Shown: piece by piece, positions 10,359 through 19,993 of the stretch
Layout of the letters: each line of letters starts with the position of its first letter
How positions within the stretch are numbered: the stretch's first letter is position 1
Source of the DNA: an uncultured virus (IMG/VR IMGVR_UViG_3300044530_000636)
Lineage: Duplodnaviria; Heunggongvirae; Uroviricota; Caudoviricetes
DNA: 64,000 nucleotides
Strand: one strand, 5' to 3'
IMG/VR virus record: IMGVR_UViG_3300044530_000636
Position numbers and translations under genes: made by a program
The notes under the pieces: model-generated
The model's database searches: none
What the model was told of the DNA's origin: nothing
The model's input: only the letters and a program-made list of their open reading frames with translations

Positions 10359-10466
10359 TGACCTAGACAACGACCAATGGGCTGACCTACACCCTGACCA
10401 ACCCGTTGACCAACTGAATGACCTACGCTGTGACCTACACGTTGACCTACTAGGCGACCAACGCCG
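10359..10466 (+). repeat. Iteron-like array: 9 x 12 bp, YGACCWA + variable tail
   Basis: YGACC starts at 10359, 10371, 10383, 10395, 10407, 10419, 10431, 10443, 10455. Confidence 0.95.
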
Positions 10467-10731
10467 CCACCCGAGCCACTACGAAGCGCTTATGACCGCC
10501 AATATGCCAGGAATAATCCTCGGTAGGCGTCTCCGGCAATTTCCAATCGTAAATAGTGGCTACATTGCCGTCGGCAAACCTAATAATCCATTCGGAGTTT
10601 ACCTTCCCGTCGCCAGAGCCGCTTAGTGGCTGACCAAACACTTCAACAAGGCGAGCGTAGGTAGTATTGACTTCGCCAAGGAAGCCAGTCATATTAGAAT
10701 CACGGTAGTTATTGGTGACACGGAACTTCAT
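10450..10731 (-). CDS. Hypothetical protein flanked by the 12-bp arrays
   Basis: 93 aa; AGGAGA RBS is part of the second array. Confidence 0.65.
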   Translation of the reverse strand: MKFRVTNNYRDSNMTGFLGEVNTTYARLVEVFGQPLSGSGDGKVNSEWIIRFADGNVATIYDWKLPETPTEDYSWHIGGHKRFVVARVAALVA

Positions 10732-10778
10732 GACCTATCTCCTGACCTATGAGTTGACCTACTGAATGACCTAGAACT
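10731..10778 (+). repeat. Second array: 4 x 12 bp TGACCTA
   Basis: Starts at 10731, 10743, 10755, 10767. Confidence 0.95.
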
Positions 10779-11492
10779 CAGCTACAAAGCGCCCATCTTT
10801 TATCGAAACGTAGACTCGACCAGTTCCAGGCTCGCCGTCAATATCGTCGTAGCCGATAGTAAACACAGCTTGGCCGTATCTATTCATATGTTTATAATCA
10901 GCGAATGTAATATCATCGCTACTATAGCCTGAATGCTCTAGTAAGTCAACAATATCCTGTAATTCCCATTCAGATAGATTATATTTCATTGATAATCCTC
11001 GCATAAATCGAGTAATTTATCGGCGTATTCCTGATTATAAGGATTGCCACGACGAATTAATTCCGCCTCGCATTCTAGCGCCTCTTTGGCTTTAGCTGCA
11101 CCGGAATAACCCCAATTCCAATAGGCCAGATATACTAACTGGTCGTCGGAGAATTCGTCTAAATTAACCTGTTTATTATCATATAAATCGGCTAATTCGT
11201 TTGTGCGAATAACCCATTCTCTATTGATATTATCCATAGTAATTCTCCTATTATATTAGAATTAGGCCAATTTGTTTAATTCAAACAATTGACCGCCATA
11301 CATATCCTCGGAATGGACTATATTAATTAAACCGCCGTCAATTACAATAGTAAAATCGCCGTAGTAACCGATAAGCGGATTTTTAGTTTCGCAGCCCGCA
11401 AAGGCGTCCCAGTCCATTTTATCAAAAGGCTTAAACGTAGTCTGAGCCATAACGGAGAACAGCTCAGTTTTAGTCGGGTAGGAATAGGTCAT
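10771..11492 (-). other. Leftward early operon: CDS 10771-10989, 10986-11237, 11262-11492
   Basis: RBSs present; leftward promoter at ~11524-11551. Confidence 0.6.
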
Positions 11493-11556
11493 TTCAGTTT
11501 CCTTCATTTCAGCTTATATTCTTATATTACCTCAATCCTCGAAAAACGCAAGCGCT

Positions 11557-11594
11557 AACTGAGCCATAACTCCATTTTTTTTAAAATAATTTTG
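11557..11594 (-). repeat. Left arm of imperfect ~38-bp inverted repeat (partner 12952-12990)
   Basis: Reverse complement CAAAATTATTTTAAAAAAAATGGAGTTATGGCTCAGTT. Confidence 0.8.
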
Positions 11595-11628
11595 ATAGTC
11601 AACTTGTCTCCTACACTCCAGTCGCCGC

Positions 11629-11656
11629 TTGTCATTTTCCCGGAATAGGGTAGAAT
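11629..11656 (+). promoter_or_regulatory. Early promoter
   Basis: TTGTCA-16-TAGAAT, GG before the -10. Confidence 0.7.
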
Positions 11657-11679
11657 GATAATATAAGAGGAGAAACGAA

Positions 11680-12452
11680 ATGGAAAAGCGAGTTACTATA
11701 GAGAAATACGGCGAATATTACCGTTTAATTGCCGCTTTATATGATAATGATTATTATCCGGTAAGGGTAGAGGAAATAGTAGAGAGTAAATCAATTAAAG
11801 AGGCGAAACGGGTATTATTCGAATTACTCCCGGATTGGAAGAATATTAAGATTGAGGGGGATTAAAATGATATTAACGCCCAAACAAATAGAATGGATTA
11901 ATAACGAAAAGCGTCATTATACTAGATTAGTTGAAGCAAAAGAAAAGAGTAAAACATATGCCGGAATAGGATATGATAGAACTCAATTACAATTGCTCCA
12001 ATTGATTATTGACCTCCATAATATAGAAATGAATAAGGATAAGCCTAAATGAAACTACTATTAAATATCGCCTCCCGTCTAATTCTATCATTCGGCTCTA
12101 TATTACTAGCAATAGGCGTATTAGTATTCGGGCCAAAATGGTTTATTGATATACTAGGGGAATTGAGAAAGGAATGGTTTAAATGAAACCAATATGGGAA
12201 GCGGAATTAGATAATCGTTACGCCTGTAAGGTTACTAGGGTACACGAATACGCTGGCCTATTAACCGTAATTGATACTACTAATGGGAATAAACTATTAG
12301 AAGAGGAAGTTACTCTATCGTTTGCCGCTATATTCGGGGCTGATTACGCTGATATTATGGAATGGGAGAATAAGATATTAGATTACTTTGAACAAATAGA
12401 TTTGGCGAATGAAATCGTAGAGGAATTAAAACGAGAGGAGGGGAGTAATTAG
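11680..12452 (+). other. Small hypothetical CDS (11680-11865, 11867-12052, 12183-12452)
   Basis: RBSs downstream of promoter at 11629. Confidence 0.55.
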
Positions 12453-12474
12453 GGGAATATTTAGGGGGAATTTA
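12439..12474 (+). repeat. 3 x 12-bp AGGGG tandem repeat
   Basis: AGGGGAGTAATT / AGGGGAATATTT / AGGGGGAATTTA. Confidence 0.6.
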
Positions 12475-12599
12475 AATCCCGTTTTAGAAATGTAATCGTT
12501 GTTTGGTCGGTGTGTTTATTAATTATTATAAAGCCCCAGTAATCACCAAGAGCCATAGTAATTAAACTATTAGCTCCGGTGAATTACTATTTTATTATA

Positions 12600-12776
12600 T
12601 TAAAGCCAGCCGCAATATTCCCGTCGGAGTTTATTATTTTCATTTAAATAAACGTAACCGACGACCGTATCATGGCCCATAAAACCCTCACTAACTATAT
12701 AAGCCACCACGTTATTAATATTATTATATTCATCATTAATATTTTCGGCTTTATTTAAACGGTGGAGTTTTAACAT
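12600..12776 (-). CDS. 58-aa hypothetical protein (not in ORF track)
   Basis: MLKLHRLNKAENIND...YCGWL; AAGGAG RBS; leftward promoter near 12800-12829. Confidence 0.5.
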   Translation of the reverse strand: MLKLHRLNKAENINDEYNNINNVVAYIVSEGFMGHDTVVGYVYLNENNKLRREYCGWL

Positions 12777-12951
12777 TTTGCTCTCCTTATTTCTATTATA
12801 ATATTACTACAATCCAATAATAAAGCAAGCTAAGACTGTGCTGTAGGGCGCAGTTTTATTTTTGCTCGTATGGTCGAGTCGTCGCTTGACATTTTGGCTG
12901 GGATCAGGTATAGTAATAGGGAAGGCGGGAGGGTGGAGGCCACCACCAGCC

Positions 12952-12990
12952 CAAAATTATTTTCAAAAAAAGTGGAGTAATGGTCCAGTT
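12952..12990 (+). repeat. Right arm of imperfect inverted repeat
   Basis: CAAAATTATTTTCAAAAAAAGTGGAGTAATGGTCCAGTT. Confidence 0.8.
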
Positions 12991-13612
12991 TCCGCTTGTC
13001 ATATATCCAGAATACGGTATACTGAGAATATAAGGAGTTTTGAAAATGATCGTATTCGTCTGTGTCTCCAATGAAGGTAAAATGCGAGTGTTCGCCAATG
13101 AAACTCTGGCTTATAATTATGCCGAGTGCATGTATGAAGAGGGCGAATACGTAGAAGTAACAGAAATGGTAGTTGAGACAAAATAAGTGTTGACTATTTC
13201 GAGAATACTGGTATAATCATTACTGTGAGGATGATAAACATGTCTAATACTGAAATGCAGAATGTCATTGGTATGATGCTGGTGATTGTTGGTCTCTCTG
13301 TGTTCGTTGTTCTTACTCAAATCCTGGATGTGATCCAATGAGAATCGAAACATATGATCTCACAGTGCAATTCGACAATGGCACTATCACCTATACTAAT
13401 ATATCTCTTGTTGCAGTCAAGCGTTATTTGCTGTGGTTTAGGGACAATCACACAGACTACGTTGATGCAGTGTGGGCTAGACATGGTTCGTTAGTAACTG
13501 CTTGATCTGGCACGATAAACAAAAAAGTTGAGGATAGGTGTTGACAAATCCTCGAAATACGGTAGAATGGTAATACGGTCGGATGAGACCTCTTATATGA
13601 TGGAGAAGTGAA

Positions 13613-14143
13613 ATGACGAAGTTGACTCGTGCTGGTCTGGTCCATAGTGTGATGGATGCTAATGCTTCGCTCCCGATGGACGAAGTCTTGGTGAAGATTG
13701 TTGCTGCCGATGCTGTGTCTGGTATTCCTGGTAAGGTTTGTGATCTGAAGCGTGCGAAGGCTTATTACAATCTGGCTATCAAGAACGGTCTTGCGAATGG
13801 CGTTGGTGCCACGAAGAGTGTTCGTGCTCCCAAGGCGAAGGCTGCTCCGAAGGCTGCGAAGCCCAAGCTGATTAAGCCGAAGCTGGATATGTCTGGTATT
13901 AAGGATCGCAAGCCCATTACGGATAAGACTGCCGAGGAAATCGCAGACATTCGTAACAAGAACCTTGCTCGCCTGAAGGCTGTCGGTCGTAAGTATGCCA
14001 AGGGCCAAGCTGCCGATGGTGCTCGTGGTTGTATCCATACGGCCGAGGAAGCTCGTGCTGAAGTTGCCAATCTCGAGGCAGAACTCGATAGCTTCAAGGC
14101 TCCGAAGTTCCTGAATATGGCCGATGTGAAGGCATTGGTCTAA
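13613..14143 (+). CDS. Ala/Lys-rich basic early protein, possibly DNA-binding
   Basis: APKAKAAPKAAKPK; own promoter; strongly biased codons. Confidence 0.65.
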   Translation: MTKLTRAGLVHSVMDANASLPMDEVLVKIVAADAVSGIPGKVCDLKRAKAYYNLAIKNGLANGVGATKSVRAPKAKAAPKAAKPKLIKPKLDMSGIKDRKPITDKTAEEIADIRNKNLARLKAVGRKYAKGQAADGARGCIHTAEEARAEVANLEAELDSFKAPKFLNMADVKALV

Positions 14144-14180
14144 TCGAACTGAGTGCAGGCTCTTGATCCTGTGGCTTGGT

Positions 14181-14331
14181 TGGGTGGATATAGCACCAGA
14201 GGGTGGGTCTTAAGACTACGTACCTATATCCACCCATTCTATTCTAATTGCGACAAAAAGTCAATATTGCTGCCGTTTACTATTACGGATCGTTGTGTGT
14301 GCGCACCTCCAGGTTCTGATAGTAAACGGCA
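14181..14331. repeat. Two adjacent perfect 13-bp inverted repeats
   Basis: TGGGTGGATATAG(14181)/CTATATCCACCCA(14224); TGCCGTTTACTAT(14271)/ATAGTAAACGGCA(14319). Confidence 0.9.
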
Positions 14332-14402
14332 TATTTTTTGAAAATAAGTGTTGACATATCCTCCGAATGTGGTATACTGAGAATACGATAAGGAGATAAG
14401 TC

Positions 14403-14880
14403 ATGGAAGTATTCGCTGTTATCTGGTCGATGGAATATGAGGGCGAGCAGCTCTTGGGTGTGTTCTCTGATTATGTGAAGGCCCGAGAGTTTCAGCTTGC
14501 TGGTGGTGATGACGGTAACGTTCACATACGCAAGGTAGAACTTAACTGTATATACGAATTCGGTGGCTGCGGGGAGGAGATCTAATGTCTAACAAACCGC
14601 AGAAGATCATATCTGGTGACCTACACTATGTGCGACGTCTGACCCGTGAGTGGGTTCATGCTGGATATTCTATTGTCAAGACCAAGCAATGGTCCGACGG
14701 GAAGTACACTGTGGTATTGGAGAAGCGCTAATGACCGAAGAAACCATTGAACGTATCGCCGACCAAGAAATGGATCGATTCGACTACCAGCTGCTCAATG
14801 GCATCATTGACCAGGCGACCTATGACCAAGAGGTGCGTGACCTAGAACTGTGGTGTAGGGAGATGTATCGTCGTGGCTGA
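14403..14880 (+). other. Small early CDS (14403-14585, a short ORF, 14731-14880)
   Basis: AAGGAG RBS after promoter at 14351; TAATG couplings. Confidence 0.5.
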
Positions 14881-15302
14881 TCATTTGTCACACTATCTGC
14901 TCTGGAAGGCATTAATGCATGGTCAAGCTCTGGGTGTGGCTACGGAGAAGAGTTTGCTTGACATCGCCAAGTTTTGGTGGTATGATGGCTATGAGGGTTT
15001 TGAAACGGACTGTTAGAGGAGAAGGATCATGGAGTTTATTGCTCTGTTCGTGCTTGGTGTGGCTTATGGAGTTTGGATCGAGTTGTATGTGGACTTGGTG
15101 CGATATCGTCGTGCCAATTTTAAGTAATACGCCAAGATAGAGGAAAAGTCAAGCCTCCCCCCCCCCTTGCAGGAGCTAGTGCTTGGCTGTCGGGGGACCC
15201 GGACTTAAACAAATATTCCGCCCACCACCAACGACCAAAAAGGTTAAGGTACTTAGATCTAAAAAAATCCGCAAAAATATTTTCACACTGGAGAAGTTCA
15301 CT

Positions 15303-17128
15303 ATGCAGACTGAGTTTAAATTAACACCACTGAAAGAGAAAGCCAAGACATACACTTGGGAGAAAGACGCCGTTGATCCAGAGCCCAAGTATGCTGTATT
15401 GTTTCATGGCAAGATTTTGGCTATCTTTAGTGGACTATATTGGGCAGAGTATTTTGCTGAGCATGCCAATATTACTCTAGAGGTCATGAAGGTAGAAGAG
15501 TGATGGCACCACAACCGATTAAGTGTAAAAACATAGAACCTTATACTACACGAGCATTGTGTGGTGAGTTTACATGGCTAGTCTATAATAAGACTCATGG
15601 CTATATCGTAGCAGCCACCTATGATGAAGATATGGCCAAGGCTCTTCTTAATGGTATTAGATTATCATCGAAATATAATGGTGACTATGGTATCACTGAG
15701 ATGTGGAAATCACCGGAACCTATGGTATAAGGAGTTGGAGATGACGACTTATGAAGTGACACTAGTGGAAGAACGCAAATACGTTTATGTAGTTACCACG
15801 GATAGTTCTCTTGAGGCGACCACCGGTGTGCTTTGGGATTTTAACCATGCCATACAATGGCAAAGAGACATGCATTGCAAGGAAAGCATCCTCGTCGATT
15901 GGCATGAGAAGGAGATCTAATATGGAAGTTAAGTTTAAAGAAAAGGTTGTCACCAAGAAGATCGTTACGCTTGAGCTTGATGAGAGCGAAGCGCTGATCC
16001 TTTGTAAGATTGTTGGTAATATTGGTGGCAATCATGATTGGCGTAAGGTGACTTCTGGTATCTATAATGGTATCAATGATGCTCTTGGCTATGATAAATG
16101 CCATAGGTTCAGTGATAAGCACGATCATGATATCGAGCGTTCTATGTTCCTAAGAGATAAAGATCGCCCGTCAATAATGGACATGCTGGATAATGTGGGG
16201 CAGCGCAATGCATAATCTTACTATTGTCATCAAGAAGGATATTACCTGCAACTTCTCTGCTGATCAGTGGGGTTTACTTACAAATTCGTTCCCTCGTGAT
16301 GAGATCGAGGAAGTTGCTAATAAGCTGAACAGTCAGCTGAATGACTATGTCAATAATGATTACTCCAAGAAAGATACCCATGATGGTATGTTCAATTATC
16401 TTTCTCAGTGGACTCGTTATGGTGCCTTCGACTCAGAAGTTCGTGGCTTTCTTGATGTTGTTCTAGAGGAGATCTATAAGTGAAACCAGAGATTAAGATT
16501 TCAATGGAATGGGAAGAATACGACAAGCTCTTCCTCGATATGCTTCTTGAAGGTTATGAAACAACCTACTGGGCGTATCTAGATGCCAAAAAAGATTATG
16601 ATAGCGATCCTAAGAGGTATGATTTTAAGATGGAGGATATGCGAGACAGCATGAACGTCATACATGCCTTCGAAATTCTTGCTGACCACTATACTGCTCG
16701 GGATGAACATGTGCGGATGCTAAAGGATATCCGTGATCGTATGGAAATTAAAGCACGTATTGCGAAAGGAATGTCACAATGATGGCTCAATTCTTCCAAC
16801 TTTTCTCAACTGCCTTTCTAGGTCTGGCATGGTATAATGAATGGTATAGGCATGATCAGGCCAGTGCGGTTGTTAATTTGCTCTGGGGTATTGTTATGCT
16901 GCTTACTGCAATCTTTAATAGACTGGATGATAAGCGATGAAAGATCTTACTGTTCTAACTAACGAAGAACTTGAAACTGAATATGATCGTCTCTGGCGTC
17001 TCCATATGTATTATATGGCCGCAGAAGGTAATTGGTCTGCCGAAGCCAAAGAACGTGGTGAGACTGAAAAGGAATACTGGGCTCTGGTTACTGAAATGAA
17101 GAATCGTAATATGGAGTTTGAATCATGA
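15303..17128 (+). other. Run of small hypothetical CDS (15303-15503, 15500-15730, 15741-15920, 15920-16215, 16208-16483, 16480-16782, 16937-17128)
   Basis: Tight packing with RBSs. Confidence 0.55.
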
Positions 17129-17397
17129 CTGATAAAGAAAAGATTGAAGCTAAAATCGCTGCTATGGAACTCTTGATGGTCCAGGGATATATCTCTCTTG
17201 CCAAATATCTTGAGTTTCTTAGGACTGTTAAGAAATGATCTATTACCATGATCTAGAAAATGGTCCCTATGGATCCCTTTCTAGGAACCATTGGTGCTGT
17301 GTCGGGGTTGTCAATTACTGCACCTTTAGTGGTGTCAGTGATTGCGAGTTGATTATAGGGTTTAAGGCGTAGACCGTCTCTAAGAGTAAGAACTGTG

Positions 17398-17405
17398 AAT
17401 AAATA
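17398..17405 (+). promoter_or_regulatory. T4-type late promoter
   Basis: AATAAATA upstream of the 17441 operon. Confidence 0.6.
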
Positions 17406-17440
17406 GTCTATAAAATAAGACTCTTCTGTATAGGGCGGTT

Positions 17441-17650
17441 ATGACTATTATTGACGAAACAGTGAAGCATCGTAAGGCTATAGCAAAAAAACGTTTGCTG
17501 ATCTGTCTAGAATGTGACAAATATAATGACACAACCACACAATGTAAAGAATGTGGTTGTGTCATGTTGTTTAAGACCTTTTTACCGAATTCGACATGTC
17601 CTTTAAATAAATGGGGTGCTGATACAGAAAACACCAATAAGGATAATTAA
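17441..17650 (+). CDS. Small Cys-rich protein (DUF6171-like)
   Basis: R..IC.EC...QCKECGC.M..KT....CPL.KW. Confidence 0.6.
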   Translation: MTIIDETVKHRKAIAKKRLLICLECDKYNDTTTQCKECGCVMLFKTFLPNSTCPLNKWGADTENTNKDN

Positions 17651-18337
17651 ATGGCATTACCATCTTCTGGCCAAATATCGTTTTCTCAAATAGCGGCTAT
17701 TGTATATGCCAATGCTGGAGCAGCGTCTGGGCTAAATGATTCTGATATCAGATATTTGTTGGAAAAGACTTCTGGACAAATAGCAATAACAGACGGTTAC
17801 TCAAAACCAGCTAATAACAGTTATTCGTATACTTCTTCAGGAGCGTATTCTCTTGTTGTACCTTCATATCAATATATGAGTGCTGACGTCAGAGGTGGCG
17901 GTGGTGGAGGAAATGGAGGTTCCGGATCCGACACTTGTACTGGATGGTGTGGGCAATTCTGTTTCTTTGCATACTGCTGTAATGGACGTGGTGGTGAAGG
18001 CGGTGGTGCCGGAGGTTCTAGTTACTATCGTGTTGGTGGTATTGATGTAACAGCTTATGGTGGCTCTGGTGGTGGTGCTGGTGGCGGTTATGGCGGAGAT
18101 GTAATTACTGGTGGTGGAGGCGGAGGTGGTTCTGGTGGAACTGCTTTCGGTTGTTCTGGAGGTAATGGAAGTGCTGGTGGCGGTGGTGGTCGTGTAACTG
18201 CTTCTTGGACAAAGGGTGTTAATGGTCCTGGATACGCTACAACAGCTAGCATCTACGTTGGTGGAGGTGGTGGCGGAGGCTATCATAATGGCGGCACAGG
18301 TGGCACTGGCGCAGTATACGTATCAGTTTGGAGTTAA
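17651..18337 (+). CDS. Glycine-rich adhesin/tail-tip-like protein (gp38-like architecture)
   Basis: MALPSSGQIS N-terminus, multiple poly-Gly tracts, Cys/aromatic loop CTGWCGQFCFFAYCC. Confidence 0.55.
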   Translation: MALPSSGQISFSQIAAIVYANAGAASGLNDSDIRYLLEKTSGQIAITDGYSKPANNSYSYTSSGAYSLVVPSYQYMSADVRGGGGGGNGGSGSDTCTGWCGQFCFFAYCCNGRGGEGGGAGGSSYYRVGGIDVTAYGGSGGGAGGGYGGDVITGGGGGGGSGGTAFGCSGGNGSAGGGGGRVTASWTKGVNGPGYATTASIYVGGGGGGGYHNGGTGGTGAVYVSVWS

Positions 18338-18339
18338 AA

Positions 18340-18915
18340 ATGTCAGAACAATCACTATTCATAAAACTGGATGAAAATGGTAGACCAGAGTCACATCCAA
18401 TTCTAGAGCAAAACCTTGCAGATTTGATCGAAGGGTTTGATCCTACTAATCCACCAAAAGGATTTGTTAAGTTCGTTAAGGTTCCTGTTCCAGAATTACA
18501 CCCATACGAAAAATATGAATATTTGGATTACGAACATAGTCCAGAACTCTCAGAGGAATATGGTCAAGAAACATGGCATGAAGTGCACCACATCCATAGA
18601 ATGAACAAAGAAGAAAGAGATGAAATAATTAAAAAATACAAACGTATTAACCCAGATCTAAGCGATTGGGTTTTTGATGAAAATACTTTATCTCTTGTTC
18701 CACCAATTCCGAAACCAGAAGATGGTAAAACTTACTACTGGAATGTTGACGTAAAAGCATGGCAGGAAAGTAAACCAAACTTGTATTTTGATGAAGTTAT
18801 GGATTTGGCCAAAGTTATCGGTATCGACCTTCATAGCGCTTCTGGTGGAAAGCCAGATGTCCCAGACGAACAATTGATGAAGAAGTTGGTTGGAATGATT
18901 ACAATAGGAAAGTAA
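18340..18915 (+). CDS. Tail-fibre-associated/chaperone-like hypothetical protein
   Basis: W.FDE....PPIPKP.DGK.Y.W motif next to the Gly-rich gene. Confidence 0.45.
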   Translation: MSEQSLFIKLDENGRPESHPILEQNLADLIEGFDPTNPPKGFVKFVKVPVPELHPYEKYEYLDYEHSPELSEEYGQETWHEVHHIHRMNKEERDEIIKKYKRINPDLSDWVFDENTLSLVPPIPKPEDGKTYYWNVDVKAWQESKPNLYFDEVMDLAKVIGIDLHSASGGKPDVPDEQLMKKLVGMITIGK

Positions 18916-18918
18916 TCT

Positions 18919-19521
18919 GTGAATTCTGCTTATAATATTTTAGGACATATTGACCCTAAATCGTTGATCGATAAAACCAATTACATATTAAATAAGGGCT
19001 GGGAAAGTTATTGCTACGATCCTGGCCCTCCTTGGAATGAGATGAATAAAATCCAATCATTGGATATGATCTTTCTGTTCACACTTCCTGAGAAACAAAA
19101 TATAATACTTCAGAATACTATTGTTAACAAACAGCTGTTAATACTTTTTGAGTATGAAATCGATAAGATTACAGAAATATTCAATCGTCATTATTCTAAT
19201 AAACAGATAAAAAGAATTACCCTCAATAATATGAAAGCTCATAGCGTTATTCCCGAGCACATAGATTATATGTATCATTATGAAAACACAATTCGTATTC
19301 ATATTCCCATTTTTACAAACGAAAATGTTATTTTTAAGTTTCCCTCTGTTAACGAATCTCTGAATATGAAAGTTGGAGATCTCGTCGAATTCAATAATAA
19401 CATACCTCACTCTGGTAGAAACGATTCCGATCAAAACCGTATTCATCTAATAATTGATTACGGAGAAAAAGACGATCTTTATTATGGAGATGTTGAGTAT
19501 GATTGGAAAAAATATATTTGA
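18919..19521 (+). CDS. Asp/Asn beta-hydroxylase-family 2OG-Fe(II) oxygenase
   Basis: IPEHID, RIHIPI.TN, G...EFNN..PH...N...RIHLIID. Confidence 0.8.
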   Translation: MNSAYNILGHIDPKSLIDKTNYILNKGWESYCYDPGPPWNEMNKIQSLDMIFLFTLPEKQNIILQNTIVNKQLLILFEYEIDKITEIFNRHYSNKQIKRITLNNMKAHSVIPEHIDYMYHYENTIRIHIPIFTNENVIFKFPSVNESLNMKVGDLVEFNNNIPHSGRNDSDQNRIHLIIDYGEKDDLYYGDVEYDWKKYI

Positions 19522-19574
19522 AATTTCTCAAAAACTATAGTATGATTGGTTATCTTTCTTGAAGGAGAAATAAT

Positions 19575-19966
19575 ATGGCTTATGTAGAAGTTAGTATGAC
19601 CGAATTCGACGATAATGATCTGGTTGATGAGCTCCAGGATCGTGGTTATACGGTCATTCGTGGTGAGCTTGGTGACGTCCATGAGTTAAAAGAACTGTAT
19701 AAAGATTACAAGGCATATGGCTTTACTGAGAAGTTCCAGGCTCTTCTTGAAGACTTTTTCGAAGATATTGACCTGTAATGGAGGAAGAATTGCTAAACGA
19801 TCCAAGGTTCCATCGTTGGATGTTCCGTATTAATGTATTCTTTCTGACAACCAATGCATTTTTCATGCTTGTGTTACCAGAATCAACTATTAACTTCGTA
19901 TGTGCAATGATTGCTCTTTGTGGAGCAATGAGTTCGCATATTATGGTCCAGCGCCTCGAGGAATAA
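19575..19966 (+). other. Two small CDS (19575-19778 acidic; 19778-19966 two-TM)
   Basis: AAGGAG RBS; TAATG coupling. Confidence 0.55.
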
Positions 19967-19969
19967 ATA
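19962..19969 (+). promoter_or_regulatory. T4-type late promoter
   Basis: AATAAATA upstream of 19994. Confidence 0.6.
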
Positions 19970-19993
19970 TGATATATTCAATGGAGGCAGTGA

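Larger units (their letters stand above)
12886..14986 (+). promoter_or_regulatory. Dense cluster of strong early sigma70 promoters
   Basis: -35/-10 pairs at 12886/12909, 12996/13018, 13190/13212, 13541/13563, 14351/14373, 14958/14981; all TTGWCW with GG before the -10. Confidence 0.8.

Noticed and set aside
10359..10778. Mini-CRISPR interpretation of the arrays
   Set aside because: A 7-bp core with 5-bp variable parts is far too short, and there are no cas genes
12440..12468. G-quadruplex
   Set aside because: Only three runs of three or more G
14617..14849. Third cluster of GACC motifs
   Set aside because: Not 12-bp phased and explained by Asp codons within ORFs, although TGACCTAGAACT at 14838 matches 10767
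17895..18310. GGT/GGC microsatellite-like DNA (also 46650-46870)
   Set aside because: Poly-Gly coding sequence with mixed synonymous codons
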